IMG/VR virus record: IMGVR_UViG_3300037509_000107
Location: 1-62,717 of that record
Length of the DNA stretch: 62,717 bases
Strand: one strand, 5' to 3'
Origin: a virus
Lineage: Duplodnaviria; Caudoviricetes
The position numbers were made by a program, and so were the translations under genes. Below the pieces are notes generated by a model. That model was given only the letters and a program-made list of their open reading frames with translations. It did not search any database and was not told where the DNA came from. Positions 46,557 to 55,920 of the stretch are shown here, in pieces (positions within the stretch are counted from its first letter, which is position 1; every line of letters begins with the position of its first letter).

Positions 46557-46585
46557 AAGGTATCCCATCCGTTGGGTTTCCGCAA
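46557..46585 (-). promoter_or_regulatory. Leftward promoter with operator-like palindrome in the spacer
   Basis: TTGCGG-17-TACCTT; spacer contains CCCA-ACGGA-TGGG. Confidence 0.55.
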
Positions 46586-46604
46586 GCAGAATCTGGAAAG
46601 CCGC

Positions 46605-49600
46605 TTGAGTACCGCTACTACCCATCCCAAGGCCGCCGCGATTCGCCTTTCGCGCGCCCCCACTGGTCAGGGTCATTGGGTGACGCACAACGGGCACCGG
46701 ATCTTCATTTCAACCGGGCAACACTCGCCGGCTCCGGTGGCCACCGCTGGCGTCCCGGCCGCCGCGCCGGCTACACTCCCGCCAGTGGCGAAGCCCCGCG
46801 GGGCGGGTCGCAAAACGCCGCAGCCGAAACCCCCTCAGCGACCCGGCGGCGAGAAGGTTTATCACGGCACCCCTCACGATTTTGAAGGGCTGCCCCGCGT
46901 CGGTTCGTACTTCACTCGGACGCCGAGGGCCGCCGAGGTCTACCAGCGGAAGGGCGACGGAGCCGGGCGGGTGGTGGAAGCCCAGATCAATCCGAAAGCA
47001 AAGATCAAGTCGATCGACCGCGGGTGGAACGACGAGGACGTACAGGAGTTCTTCAAACGCACGGACCGTTCCGACCTAAACTACGATCATTTTATTGATC
47101 TGGTTGAGTCCGACGCCTTCCGGGATTTCCTGCGCGAGAAGGGCTATGACGCCGTGGGGTTCCGCGAAGAATCGGCGCAAGCCGGGGACGTAACCGCTGT
47201 CGAACACGACTCGTTTACCACCCTGACCAAGAACGCCTTGGTGGGGCAAACAGAGGAACGCCCACAGGCTCAAGCGGCGGCCCCGGACGCCAAAGACCCG
47301 GCCGAGCTTAAGGTGATCTTGGCGCAGCGGCACGCGGATTTCCACCCCTACATCCGCGCCTACTACGGGCACATTGCGCGTGGCGAACCGGAGCCCGACC
47401 CCAAGCAGTTCGGCATTCGAAACGCCTACAACGCGGAACTCATCAGAAAACTGTTCCCCTCGTCTTTTAACCCGCCCGCCCCCGTCGCGTCCGGGGGCAC
47501 CACGCGCCTGTCCCGCGCCTTCATCAACGGCCGCTGGGAGTCCGCCAACGCCGTCGAACTCGCCCGCCAGCCCAGCATCCCCGGCCAGGGCTCGCTGTTC
47601 GGCAGCGGGCACTGGGTGATGGTTGAGCGGCACGGAGAACACCACCGGGTGTTCATTCAGGACAAGCCGCAGGGCCAGCAGGGCAGGCTGTTCGGCCAGA
47701 CCCCCGGCACTGCGTTCGGCGGCGGCAGCGCCCCGACCCCCGCCCACCACGCCGTCGCCCACGCCGCGGTGTCGGCGGTCAAGGGCGCGCCGGGCGCGGC
47801 GTTCCAGCCCCGGCAGGCTCCGGCCCCCGCAACCCCAACGGCACCCGCCCCGGCCCCGCAACCGGCCGCACCGTCCGCCCCCCAGATCGACCACGACAAG
47901 CTGCACGCCCGCACCCGGGAACTCCGCGCCGCCGGCCAGTCCGGCGGCCAAGCCGTCGTCAACGCCATGCGGGAGCAGGGTTACGAGCCCAAACCCGTCG
48001 CGGCCCGCCCCGAGCCGAAGGCGTGGCAGCGGGAACTGGCCCAGCCGGACAAGCCCAAGGGCGAGTCCGAGCCGACCGTCGCCGAGCGGCGGGACGTCCA
48101 CCCGTCTGTGAAGCGGGCACTGGAACGGCAGCGGAACGCGAAGGAAGCCGGCGCCGCGGCCCCGCAGCCGGCACAGGAGCCGCCGGCCGCGCCGGACGCC
48201 CCCGCGGCACCCCCGGCGGCATCTGCCAACCCCCCAACTACCAAGCCGGCCGCCAAGGCGGCCAAGGCCCCGACCAAGGCCGAGATCCAGCGCCACCTCA
48301 CCGAGCGGTGGGAGCGGGAGGGCGGCGACCTCGGCGTGCAGGACGACGACGCGCTGGCCGACTTCCACTCCCCGTTCACGTTCCACCGGGAACTGCCGGG
48401 CGAGGTCAAGACGTTCCTCGAGGGCCGGGCCCACCTGAAGAAGCTGTTCACCGTCACTCAGGACGGCAACAAGGCGCAGGGGGCGGACGCCTTCGGGGCC
48501 CTCGGTGACGAGTATTTCAACATCGCCGAGCGGCGCGGGGCGAGCCGGGTCAACGCGGCCCTGGACCACGCCCGCAACCACCACGACCCCGAAGTGCGGC
48601 TCATGGCCGCCATCCACGATACGCTGCCGCCGGCGGGCGAGCGTCAGAAGGTCGAGCCGGTCAAGCCAGAGAACCTCGAACTCGACACCGCCGGCACCAT
48701 CAACCAGATCCCCGTCCGCGTGATGCTGAACGAGGACGGCGAGAAGATCCTCCAGGACCACGGCGACCTCCCCGACACGCCGGTTGACGCGCTGGACCGG
48801 CCCGTGCCGTTCGACAAGGGCAGCATCCACAAGGAGGAACTGCCGGACGTGGGGGCCCTGCCGGACTTCACGCAGGGGTTGGAGCAGGATCCGCCGCCGC
48901 CCGCTCCGGCGGACGAGCCGGCCCCGGCGCTCCCGCAGCCCGTCTCCCGCCCCTCCGGCGACTCGCCCCTCGGCGACGCCGCGGAGGCGGAGGCCGCGAA
49001 GTGGGCGAAGGCGACCGAGGGGCTGACCCAGGAGCAGATCGACTACTACACCGGCCGGCTGGCCGCGGGGAACGCCCAACCGGACGTGGACGAGTCGTTC
49101 CGCGCCCGCGCCGAGTCGAACGCCGCCGCCCGCCGCGCCGCCGCGCGGATGGGCGAGAACCTGAACCCGCGGCCGGTCCGCAGCCCCGCGCCCGCCCCGA
49201 CGCAGACCGAGAAGCGGGTTGCCGCCGCCCGCGCCGACATCGAAAGCCGCCTCGGCCCCGACCTCGGCACCGGGGCGATGAAGAAGGCGCTGCGGGACAT
49301 CGGCACCAGTACCCCGCAGGCCGCCGCCCCCGTCTCGATCCCCCACGCGGAGATCCAGCGGCGCACGGCCGAGCACCTGAAGAAGGGCATGCCCTACCGC
49401 CAGGCGTGGCAGAAGGCACTGGCCGACGCCCACGCCGAGGTGACGAGCCGCCCGCCGGCCGCGCCGGCGTCCGCGCCCGCCCCGGCCAACGCGACGCCCG
49501 GGGTGACCCGCGACGCCGCGGGGAACGCCGCCCCGACCGCCACCGACGGATTCCGCCCGTTCCACGCATGGAGCAAGGAGGGCGACAGCCCCGACCGGCG

Positions 49601-52600
49601 CTACGAGGGCGTGGTCTACGGGAGGGACGCCGACCACGCGGAGCACAACGCCCGGGAGCAGTTCGGCGTCCACAAGGCGTTCGACCTGCACGTCGGGCAC
49701 AAGGGCGGGCCGGTGGCGAAGAAGGCGGGGCAGAAGGCGCGGGACGTGAGGCTGAGCCGCGCGGCGGACGACGTCGACGCGGTCATGCTGTCCCGCCACA
49801 AGTTCAGCAGTACACAGATCAACCTGCACGGCTACATCGCGCAGGCTGTCCTCGCCCACGCGCACGCGATCCCCGACAGCGATCTCGCCGACGGCGGCCG
49901 CGAAACCGAACCTCACGTGACGGTCAAGTACGGGATTCACGGGTCGGACGTGGAGGCCGTCCGCCGGGCACTGGCCGATGCCGACCCGGTCGAAATCATG
50001 CTCGGCAGGACGTCCGTATTCCCGGCCACTGAAGACCGGCAATCCGACGTGCTCAAGGTCGAGGTGATCGGCCCCGGCCTTCACCGGCTGAACAAGAGAC
50101 TGTCCGCCGCCCTGCCGCACACCGACACGTACCCCGACTACCGGCCCCACGTTACCCTCGCCTACCTCCGGCCTGGTGCCGGCCGACGGCACACGGGACG
50201 GGATGTGGTCGAGGGAATGGCCTTCGTCGCCGACCGCGTGCGGTTCAGCGACCGCGACGGGCACTGCACCGACATCCCGCTTGGCAAGGCCGCGGCGGTG
50301 CGGATGTCGCGCGGCGACGGGCAACCCTACTGGTTCACCGGCCATGACGGGAAGCGGCACTTCGTCCAGCCGCACACGCAGGGGTCGCTGTTCGGGGGGC
50401 CGCCGAGTCGCCCGGCGCCGGCGCACGCGGCGGCACCGCAGGCCGCGGCACCGACGCCCAAGCCCGCCCCGGCCCCCACGCCGGTTCCCCAACCGGCTCC
50501 CGAGCCGGCGACGTCCGCCGCCAATCTGCCGCCCAAGGGCAGGGTTACGGACTTCGGCGAGAAGATCGGCGGGGCGCGGAAGGACATCGCCCGGCCGACC
50601 GGCCCGCGCGCCCCCAAGGCGGACGACGGCGACACCCGCCCGGCGTGGGCGAAGCGCTGGGTGTCGATGCAGAGCCTCAAGACCGGCAAGTGGGCAGTGG
50701 TGCGCAACGACGGCGGTGGCCAGTCGAACATCATCCTCGACTCCATCTACAACCGCAGCACCGAGTTTGCCACGCAGGCGGAGGCGGACGCCGCGATCCC
50801 GCTCAAGGAAGTGGCCCGCAACCACGTCGTCCGCGACGTCGGCCGCCGCGGCGAACCGGCCAACTTCGCCATCGTCCGCAAGATCAACGACCGCAAGTCG
50901 GCCACCGTCAAGGGCGGGTTCGCCACCCGCGAGGAAGCCATGAAGTACATGGCGGCCCACCCGGTCGAGATCATCGAGCACAAGTTCCCGTTCCCCGACG
51001 AGGTGGAGCACCTGGCGAACGTCGAGCGGACCGGCAAGAGCCGCCGCACGGGCGACGTGTCCCCGGAGGACTTCCAGACCGCGTTCGGGTTCCGCGGCGG
51101 CGAGTTCGGCAACTGGAACGTCGGCCGGGAGGGGCAGGAGGCCCTGAACCACGCCTACGACGCCCTGCACGACCTGGCCGACCTGTTGGGTGTCCCGCCG
51201 AAGGCCGTCAGCCTGAACGGGGAGCTGGCCATCGCGTTCGGCGCCCGTGGCACCGGCGGCAAGGGGGCGGGCAAGGCCCACTACGAAACCGACAAGCGGG
51301 TCATCAACCTGACGAAGATCAAGGGCGCGGGGTCGCTCGCCCACGAGTGGTTCCACGCGCTGGACCACTACGTCGGGAAGCTCGCCGGCAAGCTCGACAC
51401 GGACAAGGATCCGGCGTTCGCAAGCCACGGGCTGCACACCAAGCACACCGCCCGCCCCGAACTGGCCGACGCCTTCAAGCGGGTGATGGACACGATCACC
51501 CACAAGGAAACCGAGAAGGCGATCGAGTCCACCTTCGAGGCCCACAAGGTCGGCCGGTACAAGGAGAACCTGGCCGACCAGATCAAGCGGCTCGAATCCC
51601 GGTTCGGTGACGAGGCCCGCTACAACAAAAAGTTCAAGCCGTTCACGCCGGAGCAGCAGAAGCAATGGGACGCCGCCAAGGCGAAACTGCTGAGCGGCGA
51701 CGTGGGCGAAAAGAAGTGGGTGTATCCGGAACGGACGGGCGGCCGACTCAGCCATAACGCCCGCCCGTCGTTCGAGCCCATCGAGGAGATGAACGCCCTA
51801 TACAAACAGGCGACCGGCCGCGGGTTCGCCAGCATGACGCCGGGTAGCGACGCGCACCACCTGTTTTGGGGCGTTGAGAACATCAAGACGGCCGAGACGC
51901 GGCTGGCCGAGGCCCACCAGGGCCAGAAGGAAACGAAGCGGATCACCACCGACTTCTACGACGAAGCCCGGAAGATCGACAGCTACCGCGGGAGCGACTA
52001 CTACTCCGAGCGGCACGAGATGGCCGCCCGCGCGTTCGGGGGGTACGTCCGCGACCGGATCGAGGCCGCCGGGAACAAGAGCCAGTACCTCAGCCACGGC
52101 AACCGCAACAACTTCCTGAACTCGCAACTCGGCAAGCCCTACCCCGAGGGCGCCGAGCGGGAGGCGATCCACGCCGCGTTCGACCACCTGTTCAAGACGA
52201 TCAGGACCGAGGCCGCGAAGGACGCCCGGGGCCGCGACACGGTGCGGATGCTCTCCCGCTCCGCCCGCGGCCACTGGTCCGCCCTCCCCGGCGGCGCCCG
52301 CGTCTTCCGCCTGAGCCGCGCGTGGGAAGAGGCCAAGCACCCGCGGGCCGAGGACGGGCGGTTCGGCCACACCGCCGGCCAGCACGGGGGCACCGTCGAC
52401 ACCAACCGGCAATTCGGCCTGTTCGCGAAGGACGCCGCCGGCAACCCCGCCGAGGTCGGCGAGCGGGCCGGGCAGGGCAACCTGTTCGCCCCGGGCAAGC
52501 CGGCCGCGGCACCCGCCGCCGCCCCGAAGCCGGAGCGGGTCGGCAGCGCCAACGCGTCGGACCCGAAGCACACCGCCCCCCTGCCGTTCGATAAGCCGGC

Positions 52601-53768
52601 CGGGGGGAAGGACGGCGACCCGTGGGCGGGCGACCCGTACCGGGAGGCGGCGCGGGCCGTGGTCGACCAGATCAACAAGCGGTACGCCGCCGTCGAGGCC
52701 GAGGTGACGGCCAAGGTCAAGGGCTACGCCAAGGCCGCGAACGACGAGTTCGCCCGCCGGCTGGAGGCCGACAAGGCGTCGCCCGTGGGCAAGGCACTCG
52801 CCGGCGTGGTCGACCGGGCCGCGAAGGAGCTGGCCGCCATCCCCGACGCCGAGTACGACGCCATGACGGCCGAACAGGCGGACGCCCGCGCTCTGAAGGC
52901 GGTGGACGCGGCGATCGACGCCGCCCCGGCGGAGACCCGGGACGCGCTGCGGGCGGCACGGGCCGAGATCGCCGACGACCTGTACGCCATCGAGCCCGGG
53001 GCGGCCGCCGACCGCACGGAAAGCCTCCTACGCTCCGCCGCCGCCAAGGCCGCGATTGAGGCGGCGACCAAGTCGCTGCCGGAGGGGTTCACCGAACTGG
53101 TGGACCTGGACGGCCACGCGGACACGCTGGCTGAGGGCGAGAAGCTGTCCGCCCGCGACGTGGCGGACGAGTGGGACGGGGAGGTCGAGCAGTACCTGGA
53201 GAATGAGCGGGAGATCCTGGTGAGCGAGGCGTCCGCCCCCGCCGACGCCCCGGCGTCCGTCCGCGAGTACGTCGACGCCCACAACTACCGCTTGCAGGAG
53301 GCGATGGAAGAGCGGCCGGGTAAGGTCGACGCCGACCGTGTGTTCGCCGAGGACGACAACGGCGTCCGGGCCATACCCGCCGCCGCCGGCCGGGCGTTCG
53401 CCGCCGCAGCCAACCGGTACTACGACGAGGAACTGAAGGCCCGCGGGGTTGACGGCGAGGGCTACCCGCTCGGCGTTGACCCCGAGTCAGACGAGTATGA
53501 GGACAAGTACGACGGGGACGCGCCGGCGGAGGCCGCCCGCGCCGCCGTACTGCGGGCTACGAAGGAAGCCCCGAAGGAAGCCCGCGGCCGACTGAAGGAC
53601 GACCGGGACGACCTGATCGAATCGCTGGCGACCTACGGCGAGTTGCCGGCCGACCAGTTCCACTCTGACGACGAGCCGCCGGCGGCGAAGTTGTCCCGGT
53701 CGGCCCGCGGCGGCACCTGGTCCCGCGACGCCGGCGGGCGGCGGGTGTTCAGCCCCGCGGCCGCCTGA
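46605..53768 (+). CDS. Giant polyvalent protein/polyprotein: ART-like, 2H phosphoesterase (Acb1-like), LPD1-like zincin, acidic helical domain
   Basis: KVYHGT..GSYFT; two HVT motifs; FGFRGGEFGNW, AHEWFHALD, EMAARAF, YPEGAER; nine [LM][SA]R boundary motifs; TTG start at 46605 after GGAAAG. Confidence 0.85.
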   Translation: MSTATTHPKAAAIRLSRAPTGQGHWVTHNGHRIFISTGQHSPAPVATAGVPAAAPATLPPVAKPRGAGRKTPQPKPPQRPGGEKVYHGTPHDFEGLPRVGSYFTRTPRAAEVYQRKGDGAGRVVEAQINPKAKIKSIDRGWNDEDVQEFFKRTDRSDLNYDHFIDLVESDAFRDFLREKGYDAVGFREESAQAGDVTAVEHDSFTTLTKNALVGQTEERPQAQAAAPDAKDPAELKVILAQRHADFHPYIRAYYGHIARGEPEPDPKQFGIRNAYNAELIRKLFPSSFNPPAPVASGGTTRLSRAFINGRWESANAVELARQPSIPGQGSLFGSGHWVMVERHGEHHRVFIQDKPQGQQGRLFGQTPGTAFGGGSAPTPAHHAVAHAAVSAVKGAPGAAFQPRQAPAPATPTAPAPAPQPAAPSAPQIDHDKLHARTRELRAAGQSGGQAVVNAMREQGYEPKPVAARPEPKAWQRELAQPDKPKGESEPTVAERRDVHPSVKRALERQRNAKEAGAAAPQPAQEPPAAPDAPAAPPAASANPPTTKPAAKAAKAPTKAEIQRHLTERWEREGGDLGVQDDDALADFHSPFTFHRELPGEVKTFLEGRAHLKKLFTVTQDGNKAQGADAFGALGDEYFNIAERRGASRVNAALDHARNHHDPEVRLMAAIHDTLPPAGERQKVEPVKPENLELDTAGTINQIPVRVMLNEDGEKILQDHGDLPDTPVDALDRPVPFDKGSIHKEELPDVGALPDFTQGLEQDPPPPAPADEPAPALPQPVSRPSGDSPLGDAAEAEAAKWAKATEGLTQEQIDYYTGRLAAGNAQPDVDESFRARAESNAAARRAAARMGENLNPRPVRSPAPAPTQTEKRVAAARADIESRLGPDLGTGAMKKALRDIGTSTPQAAAPVSIPHAEIQRRTAEHLKKGMPYRQAWQKALADAHAEVTSRPPAAPASAPAPANATPGVTRDAAGNAAPTATDGFRPFHAWSKEGDSPDRRYEGVVYGRDADHAEHNAREQFGVHKAFDLHVGHKGGPVAKKAGQKARDVRLSRAADDVDAVMLSRHKFSSTQINLHGYIAQAVLAHAHAIPDSDLADGGRETEPHVTVKYGIHGSDVEAVRRALADADPVEIMLGRTSVFPATEDRQSDVLKVEVIGPGLHRLNKRLSAALPHTDTYPDYRPHVTLAYLRPGAGRRHTGRDVVEGMAFVADRVRFSDRDGHCTDIPLGKAAAVRMSRGDGQPYWFTGHDGKRHFVQPHTQGSLFGGPPSRPAPAHAAAPQAAAPTPKPAPAPTPVPQPAPEPATSAANLPPKGRVTDFGEKIGGARKDIARPTGPRAPKADDGDTRPAWAKRWVSMQSLKTGKWAVVRNDGGGQSNIILDSIYNRSTEFATQAEADAAIPLKEVARNHVVRDVGRRGEPANFAIVRKINDRKSATVKGGFATREEAMKYMAAHPVEIIEHKFPFPDEVEHLANVERTGKSRRTGDVSPEDFQTAFGFRGGEFGNWNVGREGQEALNHAYDALHDLADLLGVPPKAVSLNGELAIAFGARGTGGKGAGKAHYETDKRVINLTKIKGAGSLAHEWFHALDHYVGKLAGKLDTDKDPAFASHGLHTKHTARPELADAFKRVMDTITHKETEKAIESTFEAHKVGRYKENLADQIKRLESRFGDEARYNKKFKPFTPEQQKQWDAAKAKLLSGDVGEKKWVYPERTGGRLSHNARPSFEPIEEMNALYKQATGRGFASMTPGSDAHHLFWGVENIKTAETRLAEAHQGQKETKRITTDFYDEARKIDSYRGSDYYSERHEMAARAFGGYVRDRIEAAGNKSQYLSHGNRNNFLNSQLGKPYPEGAEREAIHAAFDHLFKTIRTEAAKDARGRDTVRMLSRSARGHWSALPGGARVFRLSRAWEEAKHPRAEDGRFGHTAGQHGGTVDTNRQFGLFAKDAAGNPAEVGERAGQGNLFAPGKPAAAPAAAPKPERVGSANASDPKHTAPLPFDKPAGGKDGDPWAGDPYREAARAVVDQINKRYAAVEAEVTAKVKGYAKAANDEFARRLEADKASPVGKALAGVVDRAAKELAAIPDAEYDAMTAEQADARALKAVDAAIDAAPAETRDALRAARAEIADDLYAIEPGAAADRTESLLRSAAAKAAIEAATKSLPEGFTELVDLDGHADTLAEGEKLSARDVADEWDGEVEQYLENEREILVSEASAPADAPASVREYVDAHNYRLQEAMEERPGKVDADRVFAEDDNGVRAIPAAAGRAFAAAANRYYDEELKARGVDGEGYPLGVDPESDEYEDKYDGDAPAEAARAAVLRATKEAPKEARGRLKDDRDDLIESLATYGELPADQFHSDDEPPAAKLSRSARGGTWSRDAGGRRVFSPAAA

Positions 53769-53802
53769 TCCACGCTCTAACCCCGCACCCCGCACAACCC
53801 AC

Positions 53803-55023
53803 ATGAGCCACGCACCCGACACGCTGATCCTCCGCGCGCCCGCCGACAAGCCGGCCCGCAAGGGCGACGCCGACGCCGCGCGGCTCGGGCTGCCGAAGGA
53901 CCGCCTTGGCGTCCCCTGCTTCTACTACTGGAAGTCGATGGCCGACGCGGACACCGACTACGCCCACCCGAACCCCAAAATGGGCACGATCCGGTTCAGC
54001 CGCAAGGACCTCACCGACGCCGACCGCTACACCAAGGAGTGGATCGCCGACGGCGGCAAGCCGTTCCTCCCGATGGGCCACGGCACCAGCGGCAACCAGG
54101 GCTTCCTGAAGGACACGAAGTTCGACGGCAAGACCCTCTGGGGCCTGCACCAGTTCGTGGGCGAGACCGCCCGCGAGAACGCGGCCAAGCACGAGACCAG
54201 CGTGTGCCTCCGCCGCCGGTTCAAGGGCGGCAACGGCAAGGTCTACCCCATCCTCGTTGAACACAACGCCCTCGTCGCCGACCCGGTGGTGATGGGCCTC
54301 CCCGACTACGTGGCTCTGTCGCGCGGCTCAGGCGGCCCCGCTGACACCCTTCCCGTCTACACCCCGGCCGCCCAAGGAACCCCCCACATGCCCAACGCCG
54401 AACAACTGGCGAAGGCGAAGGAACTCCTCGGTACGCCGGATCTCGCCGACGACCAGGTGTTCGACGTTCTCATGTCCGCCACCGCCGTTGCGCTGGAGGA
54501 CGCCACCCGCTTCGAGCAGGAGAACACCGGCCTGAAGGAGTCGGTCGAACTCGCCCGCCGCGAGCGGGACGACGCCAAGCGCGAGCGGGACGACGCGATC
54601 GAGCTGTCCCGCCACGCCGGCGGCCAGCCTCACGCCCCGGCCGCCCCCTCCGCCGCGGAGATCTACTACATGAGCCGCACGGTCGCCGCCGCCAAGCGGT
54701 CCGTCGTCGAGCGGCGGGCATTGTCCCCCGCCGCGGTCGCCCGGCTGGAGGCCAAGCTGCTCGCGGGCAAGCCGGTCGAGCTGGACAAGATCAGCCTCAG
54801 CCGCGCCGTCGAGCCCGACGACCACAAGGTCCGCGACGGCCTGGCCGTCTTCGCCGACGTGCTCGAAGCCCTGGAGTGCAACGTCCCCACCCCGCCCGTC
54901 GGCGCCGCCACCGGGCCGCAGGGCGACGTCAGCCTCAGCCGCACGGGCGAGGGCGCCGGCGAGGGCGAGCGAGTCAACCCGTACGAGCCCACGATCAAGG
55001 CCCTGACCGGCGACGCGAAGTAA
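53803..55023 (+). CDS. Mu gpI-like prohead protease fused to scaffold
   Basis: Position before decoration/capsid; PMGH, TSVCL, HNALVADPVVMGL; coiled-coil C-half. Confidence 0.75.
   Translation: MSHAPDTLILRAPADKPARKGDADAARLGLPKDRLGVPCFYYWKSMADADTDYAHPNPKMGTIRFSRKDLTDADRYTKEWIADGGKPFLPMGHGTSGNQGFLKDTKFDGKTLWGLHQFVGETARENAAKHETSVCLRRRFKGGNGKVYPILVEHNALVADPVVMGLPDYVALSRGSGGPADTLPVYTPAAQGTPHMPNAEQLAKAKELLGTPDLADDQVFDVLMSATAVALEDATRFEQENTGLKESVELARRERDDAKRERDDAIELSRHAGGQPHAPAAPSAAEIYYMSRTVAAAKRSVVERRALSPAAVARLEAKLLAGKPVELDKISLSRAVEPDDHKVRDGLAVFADVLEALECNVPTPPVGAATGPQGDVSLSRTGEGAGEGERVNPYEPTIKALTGDAK
54388..55023 (+). CDS. Nested in-frame scaffolding protein (internal start)
   Basis: AAGGA...ATG at 54388 in frame after the protease domain, as in Mu I/Z. 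Confidence 0.55.
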   Translation: MPNAEQLAKAKELLGTPDLADDQVFDVLMSATAVALEDATRFEQENTGLKESVELARRERDDAKRERDDAIELSRHAGGQPHAPAAPSAAEIYYMSRTVAAAKRSVVERRALSPAAVARLEAKLLAGKPVELDKISLSRAVEPDDHKVRDGLAVFADVLEALECNVPTPPVGAATGPQGDVSLSRTGEGAGEGERVNPYEPTIKALTGDAK

Positions 55024-55088
55024 CTCAGCCCGGCCCCGGTCCCCGCACGTAACGCTTCCCCACCCACAACCCTCCCGAGGAAACAAGA

Positions 55089-55769
55089 ATGAGCATCACC
55101 AACTACCCGACGGTTCCCGCGGTGTACACCTCTCGCTCGGTGGCGCCGCGCAACATCTTCAAGAGCGGCACCCCGGCGTTCTACCCCTCCCTTGCCACGC
55201 TCGACGGCACCAAGAGCCGCGACACCGGCAACGACCGCGTCGCCGTCCTCCGTGCCGGCCTGCTCATGGGCAAGGTCACCAGCGGCGGCAAGTACGCCGC
55301 GTCGGTCCTGGGCGTCACCACGAACGCCGAGGCGTCCGGCAGCACGTCGATCCAGGCCGCGGCCGCCGTCGTGACGGAGCTCGTCCGCCGCGTCGGCGCG
55401 TCCGGCACGTTCAAGCTGATCGGCCCGCCGACCGCCGGCGGCACCGTCGCCGTCGAGACCGTCACCTACAGCGCCGCCAGCGGGACCGACATCACCGTCA
55501 CGGCGACCACCGCCGCCTTCGTCGCCGGCTCGCTGATCTGCCCGACCGACGGCAGCGAGACCCCGACGCAGCTCCTGACCCCGCAGTACGGCGTCCCGGT
55601 CACCAACGAGTTCGGCGACTCGCTGGACCAGACCATGCGGCTGCTCCGCGGCGGCGACATCGACGTGACCCAGATCGTCAACTACCCGTCCGACGCGAGC
55701 CTCAAGGCGTGGGTCAAGGCCGCCCTCCGCACGCTGGGCGGCGAGCTGACGTTCAGCGACGACCGGTAA
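55089..55769 (+). CDS. Head decoration protein
   Basis: VLRAGLLMGKVTSGGKY...PTDGSETP pattern; precedes capsid. Confidence 0.75.
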   Translation: MSITNYPTVPAVYTSRSVAPRNIFKSGTPAFYPSLATLDGTKSRDTGNDRVAVLRAGLLMGKVTSGGKYAASVLGVTTNAEASGSTSIQAAAAVVTELVRRVGASGTFKLIGPPTAGGTVAVETVTYSAASGTDITVTATTAAFVAGSLICPTDGSETPTQLLTPQYGVPVTNEFGDSLDQTMRLLRGGDIDVTQIVNYPSDASLKAWVKAALRTLGGELTFSDDR

Positions 55770-55920
55770 ACGCCCCGGCCGTTCCGCCCCCTCTCCCTTC
55801 CGCTTCCGCTTCCGCTTCACCACCACAACCCCGGACCGGCCAGCCCCGCGACGCGTGGGGCCAATCTCGCCCCGCGCCGCAGGAGGCCGGTCCGCCTGAA
55901 CACAGAAAAGGAACAACCCC

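Noticed and set aside
55798-55818. (TTCCGC)3 microsatellite before the capsid gene
   Set aside because: Too short to support a function
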